27,631 nt of DNA from Candidatus Helarchaeota ASGARD archaeon Hel_GB_B (GTDB lineage: Archaea; Asgardarchaeota; Lokiarchaeia; Helarchaeales; HEL-GB-B), in NCBI GenBank assembly GCA_005191425.1, contig SUPR01000045.1, forward strand, positions 1-27,631. Reading direction: 5' to 3'. The notes under the pieces were generated by a model that saw only the letters and a list, made by a program, of their open reading frames with translations, did not search any database and was not told where the DNA came from. A program made the position numbers and the translations under genes. Position 1 is the stretch's first letter. Every line of letters starts with the position of its first letter. Positions 16,699-26,600 of this stretch are shown here, piece after piece.

Positions 16699-17772
16699 AT
16701 GAAAAATAAAAGCAATATAGCTACGATAAAGAGCACTGAAACTAAAATGGAATTGGTTGAACTTAAACCAATAGTAATATCTCCTTCTAATTCTTATAAA
16801 TGGCGTGCTGGAAAAGGTTATAGCTATAAAGAAATTAGAGCTGCGGATATTCCAATTGACGATTTAAAAAAAGTCGGTGTCCCTATTGATAAAAGACGGA
16901 AATCATTACACCAAAAAAATGTGGACGAATTAGCAACATTTTATCGCCAATTAGTTGCAAATAAAACATTAACAACATATGAAAAAGAAACTGAAACAAT
17001 TAAAAGAGAACAGACTATTAAACACCTTACAAAATTACCTGAAATCAGTAAAAAAGATGCCGAAATATTAATTGAAGGTGGAATATTAACTATTTCTCAC
17101 TTAGCAGAAGAAGACCCTGAACTATTAGCTAATGATCTTGATATCGACTTGAATATTGTTAAAAAGTGGGTTGAGTCTGCTAAATCAATCAAGTTGATCA
17201 TTGACGCCAAATCTGCTTATAAAAAGTTCTCGAAAATTAACGGGATCAAAAAGAAATATATTAAAAGTCTTTTAGAACTGGGCATCGCAGATATTGACAA
17301 TTTATTAGATGCAAATCCAGAAAAGATCGCAGAAAAACTCGACCTAAATATTGATGAAGTACTCTTCTGGATTGATCAGGCTAAAAATATCAAGAATAAA
17401 GGGGATGTAGGAACAGAAAAAATAGAATCTGAGCAGAAAAAGATTATACCTAAAAAGAAAAAAGGTGATATTGAAATAAGTGAAACAGTGGAATCAGAAT
17501 TGGCTGTAGATAAACTTGTAGAATTGGAAACGGGACCTTCCGAAATTGAAACCGAAATACAGATCCCCCAAGAAGAAATTAAATTGAAAGCTGAAGAAGA
17601 ATTACTTAAATGTAAAGGAATTGGTAAAAAAGCGGCTGAAAAATTGATTGAATCTGGTATATTTTCATTAGAAGAATTAGTTAAAGCTGATATCACTGAA
17701 TTAGAAAAATTATCTGGCATCTCTAAATCAAAACTAGAAAAATATCAAAAATCTGCCAAAGAACTGCTTTAA
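16699..17772 (+). CDS. rpl13e: Ribosomal protein L13e (eL13) domain fused to three helix-hairpin-helix modules
   Basis: N-terminal WRAGKGYS..EIRAA..GVPIDKRRKSLH..NV is the archaeal L13e core. Three repeats follow: LPEISKKDAE.L.E.GI, INGIKKKY...L.ELGI, CKGIGKKAAEKL.ESGI. ATG at 16699 preferred; the ORF track gives 16672. Confidence 0.82.
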   Translation: MKNKSNIATIKSTETKMELVELKPIVISPSNSYKWRAGKGYSYKEIRAADIPIDDLKKVGVPIDKRRKSLHQKNVDELATFYRQLVANKTLTTYEKETETIKREQTIKHLTKLPEISKKDAEILIEGGILTISHLAEEDPELLANDLDIDLNIVKKWVESAKSIKLIIDAKSAYKKFSKINGIKKKYIKSLLELGIADIDNLLDANPEKIAEKLDLNIDEVLFWIDQAKNIKNKGDVGTEKIESEQKKIIPKKKKGDIEISETVESELAVDKLVELETGPSEIETEIQIPQEEIKLKAEEELLKCKGIGKKAAEKLIESGIFSLEELVKADITELEKLSGISKSKLEKYQKSAKELL

Positions 17773-17963
17773 TTTTTGATAAAAAATTTATATTTAACCA
17801 ACTTTTTGTTGGGTTCCATCCATAAATTTTTATTTAATAACTCATAACATAAGATATTTATGGATACATAATTTTATAGAAATCTTGAATAGAATTTTAT
17901 ATGAAGAGTAATTAAGTATTATTTGATACGTAGTGTTTTTTACCTCAGAATGTCGGTGGTATA

Positions 17964-19475
17964 ATGATATTCAATGATGATAATAAAAGAATTATTGAAT
18001 TAGCTAAAGTCATGTCTCTTAAATTAGCTGAATCTTGTTCTCCTCGTTTTATAAAAACTAATTTTAAAAAAATTATTAGTGACCAAACGACCTATGTTTA
18101 TGAAATTGAAGAATTAAAAAATAAACTCTGGGATTATGAAAAACAAATCCAGTTCATCCCAGAAATTGAAGAACTAAAATCCAAAGTTCAAGACCAAGCA
18201 AATAAAATAAAAAATCTTGAAAATTTAATTAGTTCTTTAAACGAAGGCAAAATTACGGCAGATTTACAGAATTTATTGATAGAAAATGAAGAATTAAAAT
18301 CACAATTTAATGAAATTCAAAATGAAAATAAGACTTTAATGGATAAAATTAAAAATTTAGAACAATCTAATTATAATTATAGAAACTTAATAGATTCCCT
18401 TGAAACTAGAATCTCTGAAATTAATAACAAAATGTATGAAGAGATGATCGAAAATCAGAAATTGCGAAAATTACTATATAATGAGAGAAATAAAGTTAAG
18501 CAACTTGAAGAAGAAAAGAAGGAATTGATATCTGTTAAACGAAGGCTTGAAAATAGACTATTAATGGGTGGAAATTTATTTGGGCTCTCAATAACTACCC
18601 AACCTTTATCTGAAATATCTAAGGAAGAAAATTCAATTCAATTCCAAGCAGAAATTAAAAGAATTAATCTTGAGCTAAATAAGAAGGTTGAACGAATAAA
18701 AACTCTCGAATTTGAAATTAACGAACTTAAAGAAAAAATTGCTCACTCTAACACCGCCGATCTCACTTATGAAAATGAAAAACTTAAAGAAGAAATTGAA
18801 AAGAAAAACGCTATCATTCTTGATTTCAATACCTTTCGAAAAAAATTAGCAGTCCAAACAAAAAATCTCCAAAACAGGATCACTGACTTACAAAACCAAT
18901 TAAGAATAAAAACTACTGAATTAGAAGAAAATAAAAAGATAATTAATGAACTTGAAACTGCAGTAAAAACTGGTATTAAAGACTCTACTGCACGAGAACT
19001 CATTGCAAAATTACAAAATGAAAACCATAACTTGCGTTCTGAAATTAAATCAATGGACTCTGCTATTCGTGCTCAAGATAAATCCAGTATGGGACTCCGA
19101 AATCAAGTAAGGTCTTTAAAAATACAATTAAATAAATTGTATAACCAAAGCAAATGGCAATTAAGTCAATTATACCGCTTGAATGACATTCTTGAACGAG
19201 CTGGTATTGACCCCTCTCAGTACGGTATTGACCCCACAAAGTTTACGGCAGATTTTAAAAAAGTTGTTCAGTCCGATGATGAAACTATAAGTGATTTCTC
19301 AGAAAAAGAGAAAAAGATACGTCAACTTGAGAAATATGTTTCTGAATTGGAAAATGAAATTAATGAAATAAATTTTAGAATTATGAGTCGTGATGTAAAA
19401 ATTAACGAATTAGAAGGTATAATTAACGATATTAAAAAACAAGTTGCCAGTAAAGGTATAAAAATTAAGAGTTAG
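17964..19475 (+). CDS. Long coiled-coil protein of unknown function
   Basis: 503 aa rich in E/K/L/N/Q heptads over almost the whole length; no ATPase motifs seen; GGTGG upstream. Confidence 0.8.
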   Translation: MIFNDDNKRIIELAKVMSLKLAESCSPRFIKTNFKKIISDQTTYVYEIEELKNKLWDYEKQIQFIPEIEELKSKVQDQANKIKNLENLISSLNEGKITADLQNLLIENEELKSQFNEIQNENKTLMDKIKNLEQSNYNYRNLIDSLETRISEINNKMYEEMIENQKLRKLLYNERNKVKQLEEEKKELISVKRRLENRLLMGGNLFGLSITTQPLSEISKEENSIQFQAEIKRINLELNKKVERIKTLEFEINELKEKIAHSNTADLTYENEKLKEEIEKKNAIILDFNTFRKKLAVQTKNLQNRITDLQNQLRIKTTELEENKKIINELETAVKTGIKDSTARELIAKLQNENHNLRSEIKSMDSAIRAQDKSSMGLRNQVRSLKIQLNKLYNQSKWQLSQLYRLNDILERAGIDPSQYGIDPTKFTADFKKVVQSDDETISDFSEKEKKIRQLEKYVSELENEINEINFRIMSRDVKINELEGIINDIKKQVASKGIKIKS

Positions 19476-19485
19476 AGGACTTTTT

Positions 19486-22400
19486 ATGCATCCAAAAAAA
19501 AATACTCAAACCCATTATTTAATATTCATAATTCTCTTTTTGTTAATGATAAGCTTTTTAATACCTTTCCTATTTTCTAAAAAAAATATTTCTATTTCAA
19601 ATTCTTCCTATAATCCAGATATTTCTCCAACTGAAACAGTCTATCCTTCAGGAACTGGACCTAAGTTACAAGTTATTGAACATGCAAAAGGTATTAGAAA
19701 TGATCATAATATACAGAATGACACATCAATTTATTGGACAATTCCTTCTAAATGGACTGGAGAAAATGCTACTCTGACGGTATCTAATTTAACAGCAAAA
19801 AATAATAAAGACTTGAAAAGTGTGGCTGATGGTGGCCATTTATCAGATAATTGGTGTAATTCTAGTGGAAATTATTTAGATACCCGCGAGCTCGATGGGA
19901 CTTCATGGGACTTACGATGGGGCCAATTTAATCTATTAGATGCGGATTTATATTTTAATACATCTGCCTACCAAGATAGCATTACCAATTTGCATGTTCA
20001 TTTAGAAGTTTCTACCTCTAATCTTGGAGGGAGTGATTATCTGGATATACAGCTTCAAAAAGAAAGTTCTGGTTATGATTTAATTCAAAAAATCACAAGT
20101 AATGGTAATTTTATAATTGATAAGGACTTTTCTTCTAATCCTGCTGATTATGTTAATCCCGATGGGCGTATGTGTATTAACTTTTATGCACCGTCCGGAT
20201 CTTCTCTTTTAGCAAAACACGTTTCAATCGATTATGTTTATATAAATGTTACTGCAGGTCGAAAAATGGTCAGTCCCTTTCAAGTCAACCTAAATGTTAA
20301 TGGTACTTCTTTTATAGGCACATGGAATGATTCTTTTGCAATTCTTCATGGGCCCTGGAATTCTGGTCAAATTTCATTTTTCTTTGATTGTAATAATTTA
20401 TATTCTGTTTCATTTAATGTTCGGACTAATCTATGGATTAATAAAACAAATTATGCCAATTCTACTTATATCAGAGGGTCTGGTGATGTCCCCATAGACC
20501 ATTATTGGAGAATTAATTTTAATGCAATAGGTGCGTCAGTTTCTTTCCAATATCAAAATTTTATGGTTTTACATCCTAAAATTTGGACATATATAAATGC
20601 AACATCCCCTTCGGGCCCCGCATCTCCGATTTCTGGGTCGTATCTGGAAAATTCTACGATATATGTCTATTTTTCAATTTATGAAAGTGGAGCATGGGAA
20701 TTCTATTGTAATTCTCCTAATATAATTTCTGCAATTCATGTTATAAATAATTCACAAGAGGTATATACTGCAAATATTTCTGAAACATTGAATATAAGTT
20801 GTGACCTGATACAATCTGGAATTTCTGGAAATTTCAATTTAACAATTTATAACGGGACTACTATTGTCCACCAAGAATTTGTCTCTTCATCAGGGACTTC
20901 TGTAATCTTCACACCATGGACTATATATAATGACTCGCTTAATAATGGGATATATAAAATAATCATAAGTTGGAAAAATTCTACTGCTATTGGATATGCA
21001 AAAAGATCTATCACTGTTATTTATCCCACTGAATTAATCAATTATACAATTTCAAATTCTTATTTTATAGGTAAAGAGTTAAACATAATCGTATTTTATA
21101 ATAATACTTTTCATCTTAATGGCTTTTTAGAAAATGGTATTATCGGAGCTAATTTAAATTATGTTATTAAAAATTCTACTGTTCCAAACCTTGATAGTGG
21201 TGCTTTAACCGATCTAAATAACGGAAATTACTCTAAAACAATTACACTTGATTATTCAATAGGAAATTATACTTTAATAATCAATGCCTCTAAAAAATGG
21301 TATCAAAATATTTCAAGGCATTTTCATTTTGAAATTTTTGCATATAATACATCAGCAAATATTTCGCTCCCTACAATTAACGGGATTGGGAAAGTTTATT
21401 GTAATTATACAGAAACTGTAACTTTTCGATTGAGTTATTATAATACATCAAGAGGAAATTACTCTTTTATTTCAGGAGCAAATATTTCCATATACAAAAA
21501 TTCTAACCTTGTAAATCATATTTATTGGCGTGAATCAATAACAAATAAGACTTACTATATATTTTTAAATAGTACTAGCACTGATTTCGTTTCAAGCTGG
21601 GATGATATTAATAGCAATATTACAATCTCTATCCATATTTCTAAATATTCATTTATTTCCAGAACAATTACTATTAATTGGGATGTTAGAAATACTACTG
21701 CGTTATTAATTGGAAATCTTACTGAAAATAGAATGAGTGGAGAATTCGGTATTAAATTAAATTACACAAATACTCTTTTAAAAAGTCCAATTTCTGATTA
21801 TTATTCGCCAATATTTCATTTTATTTATAATGGCTCCATTTATTCGACTCTTAAGATACAATATTTAACGTCTGGACTATGGAACTTAAGTTGCATTTTT
21901 AATGAAACTTTAAATGTTTCTTATAATGTAAACGTTAAGGTCTCAAGTATTGGTTTTGTCGATACTTACTGGAATTTCAAATTGAAAATATTCGTTGTAA
22001 AAACGGTCAATTATACATTCAATATTACTGAAAACATTTATTATTATCAAAACTTAAATTTCTCAATAATTTATAATAGAACTCATCCAATTTTAGAGGG
22101 TTTAGATTCAGCAGAGATATCCTCTTCACAATTTGGGCTATCTGTTAATAATCTTGGTTCTGGTATTTATCAAGTAGAAGTATTTACCGCCCACTTGCTG
22201 AATGTATCTCATTATAAATTATATTTTCTAATTAAACAAATCAACTATCAACAAATCAATTTTTCTATTCAATTCAACGTTATAAATGTAACAACCAACT
22301 CTCATATCATAAATTCAACTGATCCTCTTTTTGATGGAATTCATTCTCAAGTCTTCGTAAACCAATCTATAATATTTTGTCTAACATATAATGATACATT

Positions 22401-25053
22401 TAGAGACGAATTTGTAGCAAATTCAAAAATTTCTGCACAAATTGTAAATTTGCAAGGGCATTTAATCAGTTCTCAATTTGATTTATCTTCATTTTCAAAT
22501 TATTATTTAATAAAAATAGATACTTTAAGAGTCCACGCTAGTAATTATTTATTGAAAATTATATCTAAAAAACAAAATTATCAAGAATCTATCATAATCT
22601 TAAATTTTACGATTAAGCCATACAATTCTTCATTAATAATATTTAGAGACCATCCACAACAAGGAATTGTGCAGTTATCTTCTTATGTAGAATGGGATCA
22701 TTTTCAAATTCTATTTATGACCAATTTTACTGGAACTTTTTATTATAAATTCATTAATTACACAGACAGAATTAATTGGGGTATTGCTCGATATGTAATT
22801 TGTAAAAAAGGAGAAGATCTACAAAATCGTTCAAATTGGCTTAGAAATGGTACTTTTTATTATGATGCTGGTAAAAAAATGTTCTATACTAACGCTATTT
22901 TATTAAAATATAATAATGAATCATATCTCCCTATAGGAAATTATACTGTATATGTTTCAAATTTCGCGAGGGATTGTATTAATCAAACTGTTAATTTTTC
23001 ACTTGAAATCATTCCGCGCTTAAGCGGTAGAATTGAATTGTATCCTATAATTTCAATTACGGCGGGTCAACCATTTTTGGTTAAGGCAAAATTATATGTT
23101 GATGATTCACCATATTCTGGGATTTTAAAACTATATGTTACTTACAAGGATAAAGATGGAAACGTGATTGATAATGAAACAATAATTTTAATTACCGACT
23201 CAAATGGGATCAGTAGAAAATATGTTTACGTTAAAGATTCATGTAGTAAAATTATAATTAACATTAAATTTGATGGAACTTTTCAATATTATCCGAAAAT
23301 ATCTATTGAACCGTTTAGCCTTGACCACCCAATCATATTAACAGTTGAAAAACCAATAAATATATTTCCACTAATTATTGTAATTATAATCGCTAGTATT
23401 GGCAGTTTAAGTGCCGTAATTTTTGTAAAAACTAAATTAATAGACCCTAAAAAAGCTAAAAAATATGAATTATCTATTGAGAAATTTAATCATTTCAAGG
23501 ATCTAGCAAGTATTATCTGTATTATCCTGATAAATAAGCTGAAGAATCAAATTGAATATAGAAAAATTCTAATAGATAAAGGATTTGACGAAAAATATTG
23601 GAATGCTATTGATAAAAAATTAACAGAATTTTCAGGTGTTGGTAAAAAAAATAATGCTGCCCTTGACATTATTCATTATGATTCAATAAAAATTTTAGTA
23701 GATGACGGGGAATATATTAGACTTGCATTGCTGTTAGAAGAGTATCCATCTGAAATTATTCTACGGTCTGCTGTTGGATTTATACAATATTTCGAGCTAA
23801 CTCATTATAATTTATTAAAAAAATCTGAGTATAATAAAATAACTGATTTAGAGAATTTTCTTGAAAAAAAGTTTGGGTTATCTTATATTGTCCCTTATAC
23901 AATCTCTATTCCAAAATTAAAAAGCGTAAAAATTTCCGTATTTCAAGATACATTAATAAATATGGCGCGAGAAATTTCAGAAGAGGGGTATTTCTATATT
24001 TCTGATTTGTACAAAAAGGTTATTGATGAATCGCTTATTGAAGGAATGATCATTTTCCAGACGATTCAAGAGTTAATAACTAAAAGTGTATTTGTTCCTT
24101 ATGAAGTGTCATTAAAAAGCCATAAAAAATTAGTCAAAAGTCCGGAAAAATATACCACTTCTAAAAGTGAAATTGATAGTTATCGATTAAAAATTGTAAG
24201 TTATACAAATAAGGCATTAAATGCTATCAGAAAAAACGACTTAAATCTAGCTCTAGAATCTTATGAAAAAGCTGCTGCTCTCGCAAAACAATTTAATTTT
24301 AGGGAAGAATGGAAACATTTTCTAGTTAAAATTGAAGATATTAAAGCTAAAATAGAGCGATCTCCATCTATTTCTCCACCTATCTCCACGCCAAAACCTG
24401 AAATTAAATCAAAATATTCTGTAAAGATTCAATCCATTTCGACTGTAAAATATAGAAAAGAAAAAAATAAAGAAGAAGTTGAAAAAAGCGAAACAAAGGA
24501 AGAATTAATTCAACAAAAACAAACAAAACCGCCAATATCGCCAAAACCATCTGATATCGAAGAAATTAAAACAATTTTAACTCCAAAACCTGCTCCAAAA
24601 CAGGAAAAATACCCAAAAATCAAAATAGATGTCACAACAATTGATGATGAAATTCAGAACATAGAACAGGAAATTCAATCAATAGATAGGAAAATCTCTA
24701 AAATGAAAACTGAAAGGGAAGAAGACACCCTAACTCCACTTGAAAAAGCTTTAAAATTTGGAATTGATGTTAAAGATGAAGACATTTTCGAAATTTCAAA
24801 AGAAGATGAAAAAGAACAAGATACTGATACACCTCAAATAAAAATAATAAATAAAAAAATTATTAAAATCGCTCAAGAACCTGAAACTCTGCCTAGTGAA
24901 CGACCATTAACACTTGAAGATTTAAATTCTCTATGTCCAAAATGTGGTGCAAAAATTTCTGAAAAATATCTAAAACTCATAATTAAAGGTTATGAACCAG
25001 AATGTGAACGATGTGGTTTTGTTTTGAAATTAGATAACCTAAAAAAATATTGA
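19486..25053 (+). CDS. Large membrane-anchored surface protein with N-terminal signal/TM, beta-rich N-glycosylation-rich ectodomain, a TM near aa 1293-1314 and a ~540-aa cytoplasmic tail
   Basis: Hydrophobic N-terminus HYLIFIILFLLMISFLIPFLF, very frequent NxS/T sequons, TM IFPLIIVIIIASIGSLSAVIFV followed by KTK, C-terminal CPKC-x19-CERC. Confidence 0.85.
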   Translation: MHPKKNTQTHYLIFIILFLLMISFLIPFLFSKKNISISNSSYNPDISPTETVYPSGTGPKLQVIEHAKGIRNDHNIQNDTSIYWTIPSKWTGENATLTVSNLTAKNNKDLKSVADGGHLSDNWCNSSGNYLDTRELDGTSWDLRWGQFNLLDADLYFNTSAYQDSITNLHVHLEVSTSNLGGSDYLDIQLQKESSGYDLIQKITSNGNFIIDKDFSSNPADYVNPDGRMCINFYAPSGSSLLAKHVSIDYVYINVTAGRKMVSPFQVNLNVNGTSFIGTWNDSFAILHGPWNSGQISFFFDCNNLYSVSFNVRTNLWINKTNYANSTYIRGSGDVPIDHYWRINFNAIGASVSFQYQNFMVLHPKIWTYINATSPSGPASPISGSYLENSTIYVYFSIYESGAWEFYCNSPNIISAIHVINNSQEVYTANISETLNISCDLIQSGISGNFNLTIYNGTTIVHQEFVSSSGTSVIFTPWTIYNDSLNNGIYKIIISWKNSTAIGYAKRSITVIYPTELINYTISNSYFIGKELNIIVFYNNTFHLNGFLENGIIGANLNYVIKNSTVPNLDSGALTDLNNGNYSKTITLDYSIGNYTLIINASKKWYQNISRHFHFEIFAYNTSANISLPTINGIGKVYCNYTETVTFRLSYYNTSRGNYSFISGANISIYKNSNLVNHIYWRESITNKTYYIFLNSTSTDFVSSWDDINSNITISIHISKYSFISRTITINWDVRNTTALLIGNLTENRMSGEFGIKLNYTNTLLKSPISDYYSPIFHFIYNGSIYSTLKIQYLTSGLWNLSCIFNETLNVSYNVNVKVSSIGFVDTYWNFKLKIFVVKTVNYTFNITENIYYYQNLNFSIIYNRTHPILEGLDSAEISSSQFGLSVNNLGSGIYQVEVFTAHLLNVSHYKLYFLIKQINYQQINFSIQFNVINVTTNSHIINSTDPLFDGIHSQVFVNQSIIFCLTYNDTFRDEFVANSKISAQIVNLQGHLISSQFDLSSFSNYYLIKIDTLRVHASNYLLKIISKKQNYQESIIILNFTIKPYNSSLIIFRDHPQQGIVQLSSYVEWDHFQILFMTNFTGTFYYKFINYTDRINWGIARYVICKKGEDLQNRSNWLRNGTFYYDAGKKMFYTNAILLKYNNESYLPIGNYTVYVSNFARDCINQTVNFSLEIIPRLSGRIELYPIISITAGQPFLVKAKLYVDDSPYSGILKLYVTYKDKDGNVIDNETIILITDSNGISRKYVYVKDSCSKIIINIKFDGTFQYYPKISIEPFSLDHPIILTVEKPINIFPLIIVIIIASIGSLSAVIFVKTKLIDPKKAKKYELSIEKFNHFKDLASIICIILINKLKNQIEYRKILIDKGFDEKYWNAIDKKLTEFSGVGKKNNAALDIIHYDSIKILVDDGEYIRLALLLEEYPSEIILRSAVGFIQYFELTHYNLLKKSEYNKITDLENFLEKKFGLSYIVPYTISIPKLKSVKISVFQDTLINMAREISEEGYFYISDLYKKVIDESLIEGMIIFQTIQELITKSVFVPYEVSLKSHKKLVKSPEKYTTSKSEIDSYRLKIVSYTNKALNAIRKNDLNLALESYEKAAALAKQFNFREEWKHFLVKIEDIKAKIERSPSISPPISTPKPEIKSKYSVKIQSISTVKYRKEKNKEEVEKSETKEELIQQKQTKPPISPKPSDIEEIKTILTPKPAPKQEKYPKIKIDVTTIDDEIQNIEQEIQSIDRKISKMKTEREEDTLTPLEKALKFGIDVKDEDIFEISKEDEKEQDTDTPQIKIINKKIIKIAQEPETLPSERPLTLEDLNSLCPKCGAKISEKYLKLIIKGYEPECERCGFVLKLDNLKKY

Positions 25054-25157
25054 AAATAAAAAAATATCATATGACCTTTTTTTAAATAAAATTAAACAGC
25101 GCTAAATTCGTTTCTGCAGAAGTACATTTTGAAAATTTAAAATAGGCTATATTAAGT

Positions 25158-25946
25158 TTATATCAAACCAATTTCTCTAGTAAAATGTCGAACCGCATTA
25201 AGTGCTGGCGAATTTTCACTGATTGAAAGAAGCGATTCACCTTTAAAGTTTAGCTCTGCAATCTCATTATCATAAGGAACAACTGTCCAACCATCTACTT
25301 TTATATCTTTTGCGTATTCCTCTAATTTACTTATCATATCATCATTAAACTTATTTCCAACTAAATATATCTTTTTAAATTCAATAGCTACTTCTTTAGC
25401 TAATTCTCGTATTCTACGGGCGGTTTCTAACCCCATCCTACTCGGATCGGTCACAATAAACATAATATCAACATTACTAGAGGACCTTCTACTTAAATGT
25501 TCAAGTCCTGCTTCAAGATCCATTAGTATCAAATCATAACCTTTAATTAAATTGTCCAGAATTCCAGTTAAAATTGAATTAATAAAACAATAACAGCCTT
25601 CACCTTCATGGCGCCCCATTGTCAAAAGGTCATATGAATAGTCATCAGCTTCTATAATTTTCTCAAAAATTTGTCCCTCAAGAATTTTCTGTTTATCTAC
25701 CATGGGTGGTAAAGAACCATTGGATATTTTTTTCTTTAATATATCTGCAACTCCACCGATTGTATCAGCTCTTGGGATATTATAGCCCAAAACATCTGGT
25801 AAATTTGTATCTGGGTCTGCATCTATTACTAATATTCCATTTTCTTGATATTTATCTGATTTTTTCAATACTTTTAACAATAAAGCGGCAAATGTTGTCT
25901 TACCAGTGCCACCTTTTCCACTGGTTCCTAAAACTAATTTATTCAT
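25158..25946 (-). CDS. cooC: CooC/AcsF-family nickel-insertion ATPase (CODH/ACS maturation)
   Basis: Deviant Walker A GKGGTGKTT, DADP, Ni-binding GCYC, DLEAGLEHLSR. Confidence 0.92.
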   Translation of the reverse strand: MNKLVLGTSGKGGTGKTTFAALLLKVLKKSDKYQENGILVIDADPDTNLPDVLGYNIPRADTIGGVADILKKKISNGSLPPMVDKQKILEGQIFEKIIEADDYSYDLLTMGRHEGEGCYCFINSILTGILDNLIKGYDLILMDLEAGLEHLSRRSSSNVDIMFIVTDPSRMGLETARRIRELAKEVAIEFKKIYLVGNKFNDDMISKLEEYAKDIKVDGWTVVPYDNEIAELNFKGESLLSISENSPALNAVRHFTREIGLI

Positions 25947-26012
25947 AATTATAAAAATAAAAAATTTTAAAAAAATTTTTCGGAATTATATTCCTACAAT
26001 TTAATTTGCTAA

Positions 26013-26474
26013 TTATTCATGTTTCATCCTTTTAAAAAGCTCTTTTAATTCAGATTGTAATTGAGCACGAGAACTTAAATGATTTGTAGAATTAGAAACA
26101 AGACTTTCCTTTTTAATAGCATTATCTTGGCTTTTTTGGTTATGTTCATATTTCTTAGATTCAAAATTATTATTCGATTTGAATGTCGTATTTAAAATAC
26201 CTTCTTTTTCTCCAGCTTCAAATGCAGCTTTTACTCTTTTTTCTAAATCAGACAATTTTTCGTTAAATTCGTTTTTTAATTCTTTTTCTATCGTATCAAC
26301 TTTTACGGACAGCTTATCTAATTCATTTTGAACTTTTTGCATTTGTTCATCTATAATATCTGTTGTGTTTGTAAATATCTCAACAACTCCTGAAATCACT
26401 TTAATTAATTTCTCGATTTTCTGTTCTAAATTGGCCGAAGATTTATTAAATAAATGCTGCATTTCGAAACTCAT
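26013..26474 (-). CDS. Hypothetical protein: N-terminal coiled coil, polar linker, short C-terminal amphipathic helix
   Basis: 153-aa ORF co-oriented with and upstream of cooC. Confidence 0.7.
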   Translation of the reverse strand: MSFEMQHLFNKSSANLEQKIEKLIKVISGVVEIFTNTTDIIDEQMQKVQNELDKLSVKVDTIEKELKNEFNEKLSDLEKRVKAAFEAGEKEGILNTTFKSNNNFESKKYEHNQKSQDNAIKKESLVSNSTNHLSSRAQLQSELKELFKRMKHE

Positions 26475-26600
26475 TTGTATCGAGATAAATAGGAGATGAA
26501 TTTACTTAATTTAATTTTGTATAAATTTTATTAAATTGATTATAGTTTTATTAAAATTTGTTTCAAAATTTCCTTTTTTTAAAAAGAAACTTATTAAATA

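Noticed and set aside
17964-19475. SMC/Rad50 or ESCRT-III identity for the coiled-coil protein
   Set aside because: No Walker A/B, signature motif, hinge or zinc hook, and it is too long and uniform for an ESCRT-III/Snf7 core.
19486-23360. Specific domain names (cadherin, PKD, S-layer) for the ectodomain
   Set aside because: Only a generic beta-rich, sequon-rich pattern is visible; no diagnostic motif could be confirmed without profile searches.
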